Source: Octopus bimaculoides (Eukaryota). Taken from it: DNA of 53,593 bases. Positions 35,758 to 46,893 of this stretch are shown piece after piece. The DNA is taken from the NCBI RefSeq assembly GCF_001194135.2, contig NC_068983.1, forward strand, positions 71,517,622 through 71,571,214, read 5' to 3'. The notes beneath the pieces were generated by a model. That model worked only from the letters and a program-made list of their open reading frames with translations. It ran no database searches and was not told the origin of the DNA. Numbering within the stretch: position 1 is the first letter of the stretch; each line of letters begins with the position of its first letter. The translations under genes were made by a program, and so were the position numbers.

Positions 35758-38598
35758 CAATAAGCCAGAAGAGAGGATAAAATATCACGCACTTAAGTGA
35801 TATATTATTAATCCACAAACCTATCATCAAAGGCTTGCTAGATGTGACTCATCCTCATTTTGCAAATCAGAGACATTTACCTTGTGTCTCTTGCTATTTA
35901 AGGCGAAATGGTGTAGTTTAAGGGAAATTTAGCTGGTATTTTTAGCAATTCCAGCAACAAAATAGGCTTCCTCTTTAACTCAGACTATAGCACAATAGAT
36001 CTTAGCTTTGTCTAATTTTATTTTCTTTCGTCTATTTTCAGGATTCAAACCCTATGTGGATTTACTTAGCCTCAGATGGTATGAGTAGATAATATGGGTA
36101 GCTGTTGTCGTCGTCTTTCTTTCGTTCTACCTGTTATGGTATACCTATGGAAAAAGGAATTTGTAAACATAAACATCGTGTATATTTTGGCATATCTTAG
36201 ATTTAAGAAAGTCGTTCTTTTACAGATAAGACTGTCAGCATTTTGTTTCATAAGAATGCTAATCATAAAATTTCAACTCACTAAGTATAACTTTTGGCAT
36301 TGCTTCTTTGGTGTTTTGTCATTGAAGGGGATCGAAATCTTGACCCAATCATATCTACAACAGAAACTAAAAAGTTTCATTGTTTATTTTCGTTGTTACA
36401 AACTTTAGAAAAGATACATTTAATTGAAACGTACGCTTAGATGGCTCATTATTACTCTTAATTTTAAAATAAAAAGAAATATTCCAATGCTTACAATTTG
36501 CAAAGTAGCAAGTGCCTGTGTAACTTGCAACTACCTTGTCGGGTTTTCAAATCTTTACTGTAGAAATCCGTGTTAGATAAAAAATTTTGATCTTCGACAC
36601 AAGGCCAGAAATTAGCGAAAGTGAGGCCTGTGGCAGTCGATTTAAATCGATACTAATAATTTGATATCGATTTATTTTAACGGCCACGATGATATTTATT
36701 TTGAAAGCTGAGTCTAACCCCAGAATAACTAACTAGTGTGAGGCCAACTTTGTGTAAATATTTAATATCACTTTACAAGATGTCAGCGTGAAATTTTGTC
36801 GGGTGTGACTTGTGAACCGGTCATCCGGAGCAAAATAGTTAGTACAAATTACAACCATCGCCTCATTTCCCATCAATTAATGCACGACATTATTTTGCTA
36901 ATGGGTAAGTAATTTCATTCCCAAAAACAAAAGCTATGTATAAAAAATGGTATAAGTGTATATGGCAACCGATTTATAATATTTGCTTCATCGGGAATTT
37001 TCATTTAATTTGGTGACTCAGAGCAGCAGCTGTTTCTACGATGTGTAGGTCTTGATAGTTGCAGCTTTAAGAAAATTTATCTCATGATTTGAAAAGAATA
37101 AAAATTTGGAAAATTCCACGAATAGTATAAAAAAATTATTTTGCAAATAAACAAACTGAAAGATATTTTAATTCACTTAGAAAACATTTAAGTATTACAT
37201 AGTAACACTTAGAATCCATTATTGTTACGTTAATAACAATATGAATTCATGAATAAATTTGCATAAATGGAAACAAGGTTTCCAATGCGAGAAGATAAAC
37301 AACAGTCCTGATTGTTTTGATTACTACATCTGTATAGAACTAAGGTCTGCTTGGATAAGAGACTCGGCGATCCTTTAAAGACACCCTACATGAAAATATA
37401 TCACAAACTCAAAAATATTGACCAAGATGACTACGAAAAACTTCTGTTATATTTTGAAATATATTTATGGAACACTCGTTGAGCCAAGCTGCTGATTCTG
37501 CGAAGCGGTTTCCATCTCCTTTCGTTTTACCATTATAGTAATTAAAGCTGATGTGAACNNNNNNNNNNNNNNNNNNNNNNNNNNNNNNNNNNNNNNNNNN
37601 NNNNNNNNNNNNNNNNNNNNNNNNNNNNNNNNNNNNNNNNNNNNNNNNNNNNNNNNNNNNNNNNNNNNNNNNNNNNNNNNNNNNNNNNNNNNNNNNNNNN
37701 NNNNNNNNNNNNNNNNNNNNNNNNNNNNNNNNNNNNNNNNNNNNNNNNNNNNNNNNNNNNNNNNNNNNNNNNNNNNNNNNNNNNNNNNNNNNNNNNNNNN
37801 NNNNNNNNNNNNNNNNNNNNNNNNNNNNNNNNNNNNNNNNNNNNNNNNNNNNNNNNNNNNNNNNNNNNNNNNNNNNNNNNNNNNNNNNNNNNNNNNNNNN
37901 NNNNNNNNNNNNNNNNNNNATCATTTTTAGCAGATTCACATTTGAATTCTTAATCCCTGAGGTTAGTTGGACACGTTAACAAATGTTTCAGATACATAAT
38001 TAAACGGCAAAAAGTGTCTACAAAATGTTATCGTAAGCAGAACAATAACGCTATGTATGACTTACCTAAAATTTATTTTGTGATTCTAAAGACTTGCTTA
38101 CATTTTAACAAAGATTTTAGTTGTAAATTCCGTTTGGGGGGGGAGGGGATGTCTTTTTTCAAAATCTTTTGAGACAAAAAAGTCTTCAACATACGCACTG
38201 CAAAAGTCAATTGTTTAAGGATTTTTCCTTTAATCTTTTTTATTCAGAAAAAACTGTACATATTGGATATGAAAATACAGAAACGCTAAATTTCATGAAT
38301 AATAATGTATTCTGATTAAAACCGAAATATTTTATTACAGAAAAGAAAACGGGCTTCATGTTGAACCGGGGTTGTGGAGGGTGGGAATCTCAATAACGAT
38401 ATAAATCTGAAACTCCCATAAGTTTCAAAGCTTCAATGAATGATGTACACAAAATACGAGGCGTCCTTGTTTATTTCGGCGTCTTAGGGGTATATATTTT
38501 AACTCTACGTCAAAAATTCCGGTTCAATATATTCTGCATGCGAACTTTATAGTTATCCATGTCTTGATACACACTCGAAGTTAATTCGTTAATGACAG

Positions 38599-38604
38599 TT
38601 TATT
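38599..38604 (-). promoter_or_regulatory. Candidate polyadenylation signal (AATAAA) of the FReD gene
   Basis: AATAAA on the minus strand ~55 nt after the stop codon; further copies lie near 38470 and 38330. AT-rich DNA makes chance hits common. Confidence 0.4.
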
Positions 38605-38658
38605 ACAATCTAAACACTGTACCTTTCTGTTCATTTAGAAAGATAAAATCCTCATCTT

Positions 38659-39359
38659 TCAAACCCTTGCGATTTCCAAAACAACTTTACGTAAAGGAGA
38701 TTTCATATCCCACAGATTATAGTAAAGAGTGTCCCAATAAATTCCTCTTTTGTAATCAGACGATGAGATGGAGCCACCCGGGATTATTTCACCGTTCAAA
38801 TTAGAACAACCACAGTCGGTAAACCACCAACCACCGCTGCGTCTCTTGGCACACTGAGTCGCTACGCCATAATCAACAGTCGAGAAGGTTTTATTATAAT
38901 TAGCGGTTTCATTGCATCTGCTGGTAGGTCGAAAACTATCTCCACCGTTACTTTCTTTCGGGAGATACTTCCCTAAGATTAACGGATATGAAAGATTTTT
39001 GTGGCCAATTTGGAAACTTTCATACAAAGAATATGCTTTGCCATTTTTTATACCGAAACCTTCCATAGAAATTCGCAGCTTATATTTATGCATATTTGTC
39101 AGGCTATGTATAATATCGTTGCCAAGCCAATAATCCGCTTTACCTTTTCCAAAACCTTTAGCATACTCATCCCAAGTTCTATTAAAAATATTTTGGTCAT
39201 GAACCCGGCGAGAAATAGTCGTCCAAGATTCATCGTTAGTAAAATTACAATACACTTTCTTTCGTGAACAGCCAGGCACTTCAATAATATAAACTCCACT
39301 TTCCAAATCTGGTTCTTTGGATTTTTCTTTTACATCTTCACAATCATATGGCACTTCCT
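38659..39359 (-). CDS. Terminal coding exon: complete fibrinogen C-terminal (FBG/FReD) domain
   Basis: Polypyrimidine tract + TAG| acceptor at 39360/39361; 231-aa ORF with FReD motifs DC..SGVY, VYC, WTTISRR, FNRTWDEYAKGFG, YWLGND, FSTxD, CA..GGWWF..C..SNLNG; TGA at 38659-38661. Confidence 0.95.
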
Positions 39360-39517
39360 CTAAAAAATAAAAAAGACAAAGAAAACAATTTTTTAAAATA
39401 GAAATAATACAAAGATTTAGAAGAATTGATACGTTAGTAAATATTCTATTTTATGTCAATCTTAAAGACTTTGTATAGGTATTTGAGAATTAAAAATTAA
39501 TAACTTACAGTCTAGTG

Positions 39518-39596
39518 CAGTGGTTCCAAGCCTTTTCGCAGTGGTCCCCAACAGTGGTTCCCAACACTTATTTAAATGAGTTTTCCCACGGGCCCC

Positions 39597-39632
<36 letters not shown>

Positions 39633-39711
39633 TTTGAATTTAGTTCACGGACCCCCTGTACTACCTTTGCAGACCACCAGGGTTCCGCGGATCCCAGGTT
39701 GGGAACCATTG
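39518..39711. mobile_element. hAT-type MITE (194 bp) in the FReD intron
   Basis: Termini CAGTGGTTCC...GGGAACCATTG; perfect 8-bp TSD GTCTAGTG at 39510-39517 and 39712-39719. Confidence 0.9.
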
Positions 39712-39780
39712 GTCTAGTGTGTAATTGAGGGACCACTTTAAACTCAGACGTCATGTAGTAGTTCAAAGGTTAAACTAGAT

Positions 39781-42700
39781 CAGTGGTTCTCAATATGGGG
39801 ACTGCGAAGCGATTTTGCGGGGACCGCGAAGGCATCGGAAATTTTTTCTGCAATTGAGTGACAAATCACCAACAATTTTAGAAATTTTTTTTAAACCAAA
39901 AGATAATCGTATGTTCATAGTGGGTATTTGTATGCATACGCGATTCTCACGTGCACTGCCGTCGAATGTAGTATGCTGGTAGGTTGGCAATACCTGTCTA
40001 GACATGCAAGGTAAGGTCACACTCGCGGGTGCACGCATACGTATACAGCGCACTGTATCGGCCGTTATGCTGGCAATTTTAGTCTCAAGTGTGTGGTCTG
40101 TGATTATAGATGCAGCTTTAAAGCACTATTTATTCACAGTGCAACTTGATTAAGCAGACTTTCCTTTTTGCAAGTGGTCTTCTACGCACGTGTGATTTCA
40201 TCAATTTCAATTGGTCTCAGACGATTAACCGTTACAGAGAAATTCATCATCTTCGTAATCTAATGTAAGTTTACATAAACTGTTTTATGTTATGGTGCGT
40301 TAGGATTATGATTACTCGATCATGATTCATTTTCAAAGTAAAATAAAGCTGTCAAGTCGAATGATTTTGCCAAATCGAATGTGGAGATGTAGTTTATCAA
40401 TTACCATTAGTTGCACGGTTGACACCATGTAAATTTGTTTTTTTAGAATGAATCCAAGAAAGAAAAGAAAATTTGCCTTTACTGGTATAATTCTAAATGG
40501 GGAGGAAAGACCGCAGTGCGTTCTAGGTTCCGAGGTTTTGGCATCATTTCTTAAACCTAGAAAGTTAAAGCCTCACTTGGAAACAAAACACCCTGGCTTT
40601 GTTAACAAAAAGTAGGATTTTTTCAGACAAAAAGCTGATGCTCTGATACGCTCTAGATTTGATGACACGGGAAGTTTTTCTTTTGATATTGCTTCTAGTC
40701 TCAAAACTTCCTACGAAATTTCGAAAAAATTCGCCACCACAAAAGAGTCACATAACATTGGAGAACAACTGGTCTTGCCTTGTTGCGGAATAATTATTTC
40801 AAATGTTTTCGGCCAATGCTTGCTTTGAAAACTGAAACATGTCTCCCTTTCAAATGACACCGTCAACAGACGAATCGCCGAATTATCTGAAAATATATTT
40901 TCCCAAGTGGTGGCAAAAATAAAGAATTCCACGTTCAACTTTTTTTTTTATCGAACTTCATGAATCTACGGATATCGCGAATATGGTTCAACTGTGCGTC
41001 TTTGTACGGTATATTCACAATAAGAGTATGGAAGACGATTTTCTGTTTTGCGAATCTCTCCACTCTAAAACGACAGAAAAAGACATTTTTGTCAAAGTTG
41101 ACAACTTCTTTCGTGCACATGACATCAATTGGGAACACTGTGTCGGTGCCTGCACTGACTGCGCTCCGGTTATGCTAGGTTGCCGCTCGGGTTTTCAAAC
41201 ACTTGTCAAACAAAAAGCCTCGAATGCTCTTGGGACACGTTGTACGATTCACCGACGAGCTCTTATGGCTAAGATTTTACCAGATACAGTTAAAAGTGTT
41301 CCGAATGACGTTATTGCTGTAGTCAACTTCATCAAAGCTGGGGCACTAAATTCTCGTCTCTTCGCAGATTTATGCCGAGAAAATGATGCCGATTTCGAAA
41401 ATCTTCTGTTGCACTCTCGCATCCAATGGTTATCTAAAGGGAAAGTACTGATGCGAGTTTTTTGGGTTCGAAACGAAATAAGTGAATTTATTCGGGACTC
41501 GAAGCTTTGTTTGCGAGCTAAATTTTGTGACGCCCGATTTCTTATATGTCTGGCATTTTTGATGGATATATTCGACTCTTTCAACACTCTTAACTTAACC
41601 TTGCAAGGAAAAGGCATGACAGTACTTCACTGTCGTGAAAAAATATCTGCGTTTAAAATGAAACTGGAACTTTGGGCTTCAAAATTGCAGAGGAAAAACT
41701 TTGCACCTTTTCCCCTCAGCTTAATAGATTCATTGAGGAAAACGAGTTCCTCGTCGATGATGATATGGTTGAGGTGATGCGAAACCGTATATGCATTCTT
41801 GGGGAAGAATTATCCCTATATTTTCCCTATTTGGAAAAATTTGAGCAACTTTACTGCTTCATGAATAATCCATTTTCCATATCTCTTGCTGATCTCCCTT
41901 TCGAGGACATAACCATGCAGGAGCAGTTCATAGAATTGTTGAATGACGGAACTGCAAAACAGATCTTTCGTGAAATGAGTTGTCCTGACTTTTGGATTCA
42001 GATAGCACAACTTTATCCAGATATTTCAAAGATGGCACTGAAATATCTAGTTCCCTTCACAACCACTTATGAGTGCGAGTTGGCGTTTTCGGCTCTTCAA
42101 TCGATAAAAAGCAAACAACGAAACAGACTGGATGTTACACACGATATGAGGGTTGCTTTATCCAGAACCCAGCCAAATATAGACGAGTTGGTAAAGCTAA
42201 AGCAAATACAGCAGTCACATTAATCCTTATTTTGAACAGGTTTAATGATTTTTCTTTAATACATCTATCAAAAAATATCCTGTCTTCTATTGGTTTTCGG
42301 CAAATATATATACGAATCAAGGAAAGAATCGGAGAAAATAAACAAAGAATTAAGCACTACATCAATGCCGATGGTCCCTTTCTTACACCGGACCTTACTT
42401 GCCACCGAACCTAATATTTGTGAAAATGGGTTTGAAAGTATAAATTACTAATGAATAATTAAAGTTTGGTATAGTTAACTGTGGCCCTACTTCATAGCCT
42501 AAAAAGAAACAAAATGTTAATTTTTTCATAACATTTTGCCAACATCTGGTGTCGTGTTAGTGTCATGGTTGTTATTTTATGCTTACATCTAACATTTATA
42601 TTTGATGGCATTATTGATGTTTTGTGCATTCAACTACTTAAACCTGATAGTAGTATAATCGCGAAAATTTTGCATTTGATTAATCTCTTATTCCTGCCAA

Positions 42701-42781
42701 AATAGGCCGGGGACCGCGATGCCTTCCAAAAATGGCCAGGGGACCGCGAAGCAAAGATTTTTAAAAGGTTGAGAACCACTG
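39781..42781 (+). mobile_element. Full-length hAT (Buster/Charlie, ZBED5/SCAND3-like) DNA transposon, 3001 bp
   Basis: 13-bp TIRs CAGTGGTTCTCAA; 8-bp TSD AACTAGAT/GACTAGAT (7/8); subterminal GGGACYGCGA repeats at both ends; internal transposase homology. Confidence 0.95.
40448..42223 (+). pseudogene. Disrupted hAT transposase (BED finger, catalytic core, dimerisation domain)
   Basis: MNPRKKRK..RPQCVL..KPRKLKPHLETKH (BED-like), SLSNDTV.RRI, IELHESTD, CTDCAP, RCTIH, QWLS, TTYECELAFS. Stops at 40613 and 40826; frameshifts at the T-run ~40940-40949 and at ~41712. Confidence 0.92.
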
Positions 42782-42940
42782 GACTAGATAGCTGTTGAAA
42801 TGATTTTTGAGAACCACTGGGCTAGATAGCTGTTGAGTTGAGTTCTTTGAACTGCTCCTGCATGGTTATGTCCTCGGAAGGGAGATCAGCAAGAGATATG
42901 GAAAATGGATTGTTCATGAGACAGTAAAGTTACTAAAATT

Positions 42941-43172
42941 TATTGGGTTGTCCGGAAAGTTCGTGCCGATTTATAGTAGCTTACCTTTCGACTTATTTGC
43001 CATGAAACCACCTCAATTCTGGGAAGAGGGTATTTTCAAGTTAAAGAAAAGATGGAGATGTATTGTGCAACAAAATGGTTCATATTTGGTTGATTAAAAA
43101 TGTAATGGCAAGTATTTATTGACCTTTTTCTTTCCTTTAAAAATCGGCACAAACTTTCCGGATAACCCAATA
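42941..43172 (+). mobile_element. Internally deleted mariner (MITE-like) in the FReD intron
   Basis: ~30-bp TIRs TTGGGTTGTCCGGAAAGTT(C/T)GTGCCGATTT, TA TSDs, and a residual mariner C-terminus RGIFKLKKRWRCIVQQNGSYLVD*. Confidence 0.88.
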
Positions 43173-43220
43173 CAGTTGTTTTGAATCATGGTCATATATG
43201 CTGTCTAGGAACTGTAACAG

Positions 43221-43257
43221 CAAATTCTCTCGACCCAAATTCTCTCGACCCAAATTC
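43221..43257. repeat. 15-bp tandem duplication (CAAATTCTCTCGACC x2.5)
   Basis: Read directly from the sequence. Confidence 0.9.
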
Positions 43258-43468
43258 CAAACAGTATTCAAAAAGCATTTAAAAATAATTCACAGCTGTT
43301 GCAAATGAAACTATTAACGTGTAAGAAAAAAGATAGCTGCAAAAGAACATGCATACGTTAAACACAAATAGTTTTCAAAGGGTTGCAAACTTAGTAATTC
43401 ACAAACAGAATTTTTTTTTTCTTGTTATAATTAGTTCATATTTGAAGAAGAAATGTGTTATAACTCAC

Positions 43469-43622
43469 CCGGTTTAGTAATTTCTGCATAAATGGCGTCA
43501 ATTTTTTTGTCCATTTCAATCATCCTCTTCCGAATATGAATGAGCGACATTTTTAGATGTATGCAACTTTTTGATGAAACTAGCGGCAAGCAACATAACA
43601 AAAATATAAATTTTGAAATCAT
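43469..43622 (-). CDS. First coding exon of a secreted fibrinogen-related (FReD) protein: signal peptide + coiled coil
   Basis: Minus strand: acceptor ttttctgcag| (exon starts 43639), ACC-ATG at 43622, open frame MISKFIFLLCCLPLVSS/KSCIHLKMSLIHIRKRMIEMDKKIDAIYAEITKP, phase-1 donor CCG G|GTGAGT at 43469/43468. The phase matches the FReD exon acceptor (G+AG = Glu), giving a continuous 284-aa ORF. Confidence 0.88.
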
Positions 43623-43778
43623 GGTGTTTATAGAATGAACTGCAGAAAATTAAAACGAGAAATATATTTGCTCCTCCAGAAAGCACAGTATTTATACGGA
43701 GAAAAATATCAGTGCTGTCCTCACTTCAACTTCATTTGACAACTTAAAAGTATATCATATGACACAAATATTTATACA

Positions 43779-43809
<31 letters not shown>

Positions 43810-44272
43810 CTTTGTTTTCGTTATGTTTTTTTTTAACGTGTTTATATAGATGCAAAACCATGCTTATCATTTTCCTCAAGCTGCAGGATTTCCGCCACTT
43901 GTAACCAGCAAAGGCCAATTAAGTTGTCGGTGGATGATGTCTGCACTTGGGTTTCGATTCCCGACTGTCGCAAATTTTATTCGCTAATACCTTTGGGAAA
44001 GACGTGAATACCAAGCAGATGAGAGAACCTCTATATAATCGTTTAGCGTGCTAGAAATAGCAGTGAAATTTCCTTCACATTACACCCAGCTGTCTTTTAC
44101 ATTAATAATCCTACACACACAACGCCTGCATAAAAGGTTATGATAGTCGAGGACAGTCGAAGTACTTGTGAACTTTGCATTTGTACATATATCGCTTGTG
44201 TTACAGAAATATATTTATCTCTCACCAGATAGAATACTTTTTTGTTGATCTTACCTTAACGGAAAAGTAAAC

Positions 44273-44327
<55 letters not shown>

Positions 44328-44976
44328 NNNNNNNNNNNNNNNNNNNNNNNNNNNNNNNNNNNNNNNNNNNNNNNNNNNNNNNNNNNNNNNNNNNNNNNNN
44401 NNNNNNNNNNNNNNNNNNNNNNNTGCGCGCGTGTGTATATGTAAGGTGTATGCACTAGCTATATATATATATATATATAGTCACATCTGGAACGACCTTG
44501 ATCACAAATATCTGCTCGATCAAGACACTATTGGAGATATGTCACCAGTTTAACACTTCCAATCACAGCCTGACCTTTGAGTACCTTTAGGTGACCCCTA
44601 CTCCATCGAAAGCATTCAGACCAGTTCTCCAGTTTGAGAATAACCCCAGAATGATATTCTGTCTTCCTCTCCTTTCCCCATTCTTGAAAGCCTTGAAAAA
44701 GTTTAAGGGCGATACCAGACTTTTTCTGACTAATCCATAATATAGTAAATATTAATGCCTTTGATAGAGCAACAAAACTGTTTAGGAATGCTCACTCACC
44801 GGAAGCTTCCTTCATTTTTATTCAATGGTTCTTACCGAAGTAAATAAAAAATAAATGAAGCACCCCCACAGATCATCACAACCACCACCGGAACAATAAA
44901 AATAACAAACAAATTAAAATCCAATAAACTGTCTCCTCTTTTTATGATTGATTTGTTAAGGTCATTATTACTTCTG

Positions 44977-45284
44977 CGATACAGCTTCTCAGTCCACAAA
45001 GGGTGACGTTCTCCAATTTGCCAAAAGAAACTTGTACATATGTTTGCATTTGCTGAAAATTTCTGATCTGGAATTCAGCAGTGTGGTGAAATTTATAGAT
45101 CTAATAAGGCCATGCGATCTAAAAAAAAAAAAAAAGTGGAAGATAGCGTATCTTTTTTAGTTCAATGAACTACACCGCACTGCTGAATTCCAGATCATGA
45201 ATTTTCAGCAAATACCAGCAAACAGATAAGTTTTATTTGTTGAACTGGGGGACACCACCCTTTCCAGATTGAGAAGCTGTATCG
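44977..45284. mobile_element. MITE with long (~115-bp) imperfect TIRs
   Basis: CGATACAGCTTCTCA..AAAGGGTG and GCTGAAAATT..TGATCTGGAATTCAGCAGTG.GGTG are mirrored around a ~75-bp spacer; TA flanks CAGC..GCTG on both sides. Confidence 0.85.
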
Positions 45285-45658
45285 AAAACTCTAGAACCTT
45301 TTCCGTTGATTCTACACTATTTAACCTTACGACTTCACAGTCAATGGGCACATAACTCTAATTCTTCTCCTTTTTTTCTTTTTTACTTTGTTTTTTTCGT
45401 TTTTCACCATTCCACGTTTTTAACACACTTTCATCTCGTTTTTTCTCGTGATTTCTCTTGTTCTAGATGTCCTAATTTGTAACTTGTATAGGTTATATGA
45501 CAGAGCCTGAGATTACTTGGAGACACTAAACGTCTCTTTGTTCATGGAGAAAAAAGTAGTCCGCTCAACTGTCAACCATTTTTTTTTTACCAGGCTTGTT
45601 ATAAACAATATAGGGAATAGTATTCATTATTCGGGAAAATGAATACTTCCCTATACAA

Positions 45659-45660
<2 letters not shown>

Positions 45661-45691
<31 letters not shown>

Positions 45692-45797
45692 TGTATGTAT
45701 GTATGTATGTACGTACGTACGTATGTATGTGTGTGCATGTATGTATGTATGTATGTATGTATGTATGTATGTACGTACGTATGTATGTGTATGTATG

Positions 45798-45827
<30 letters not shown>
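45661..45827. repeat. (ATGT)n microsatellite with ACGT variants
   Basis: Simple repeat. Confidence 0.95.
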
Positions 45828-45828
<1 letters not shown>

Positions 45829-46893
45829 TTGGGCATGTATGTATGATTGTATGATGAAAGTTATAGAAGTCGACTCAAATGTTCCGGCCACTTCTGACAC
45901 TCCTTTAGAGAAACGGTGTGGATGGGCTGAATGTCGTGAGATGAACACGCAATCATCAGAGACATGTGAGTGCTAGCATCTGCGAGCGACCATCACAGTG
46001 TTTATAACTGTTACTGATACAGCGCATCACTCTGACACAACGTGCAGCTGACCATCTAAAGCAAACAACGTTGTGACACACACAAAGCTCTGAGCCCAAC
46101 CATGCATGCCTGAGTCTGAGGTATGAACGAACAACTAAAACTGACTTTTCGATAATGCTTATTCTCTTCTAAGTTTCACATACGAACAAAACTTTTATTA
46201 AGTGACGCAAACACGGCTGCCTAGTTAAGATTTAAGTTTTCAAACAAGATTTTGGTTTCGATCTTTGTTGAAGTCCATCAGATATATCAGTCTTATTATT
46301 GAATGGTAAACAAAATAAGTTGTCCTGTTTAATACCTCAGCTGTTCCGTCGAGGTCTTTAATAAAGCCGTTTCTTTTCCAAGCATTCAAGCCAGATCTCC
46401 AGTCAGAAGATAACTTCCTACCTTAGTCCTACGAATAATGGAAGTTTCAATAAAATGTCAGTAGTTATTTTTACTCCTCCCACTAAGCTGTAAAATACCG
46501 AATAAATAGGTATCGATATCAGTTGCCCAGACAGAGGATCGCAACCGCTAATCAGACCAAAATCAATTCACTGATAATATAATACTTGCATTCAGAGTAG
46601 ATTTATTTATTTAAACCCCAATTATTTCGAAAATAACTTCCCATAACTTATGAAAGATTTCATAAACCCTTAAGGTATGAGGGCTGTCACAGTTGATCCA
46701 ACGTGTCTGCTCGCCATGCTAGAAATAGTGGTCAAAACTTCCTCTAATTAGCAACACACTGAATATGTAGTCCAAGATACGCAATAACTGAGACTAGAAC
46801 GAACGGTATAGCAATGATTAGAAGGCTTTCAATCAAACAGGAGTACTTTGGATTTGATCACACCACCATCTTGTCGAATAGAGTGTATATTAT

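Noticed and set aside
36066-36165. Minus-strand acceptor followed by RYTITGRTKERRRQQLPILSTHTI*
   Set aside because: Overlaps an equally good plus-strand candidate. This shows how easily splice-like motifs arise here; there is no homology support.
37330-37500. Protein-like plus frame TKVCLDKRLGDPLKTPYMKIYHKLK..
   Set aside because: Short, with no convincing splice partner or known motif; next to a gap.
39503-42794. 72-nt hidden exon reconstructed by removing the two hAT insertions (CAG|..|GTAAGT on minus)
   Set aside because: All three frames contain stops; the sites are likely chance motifs.
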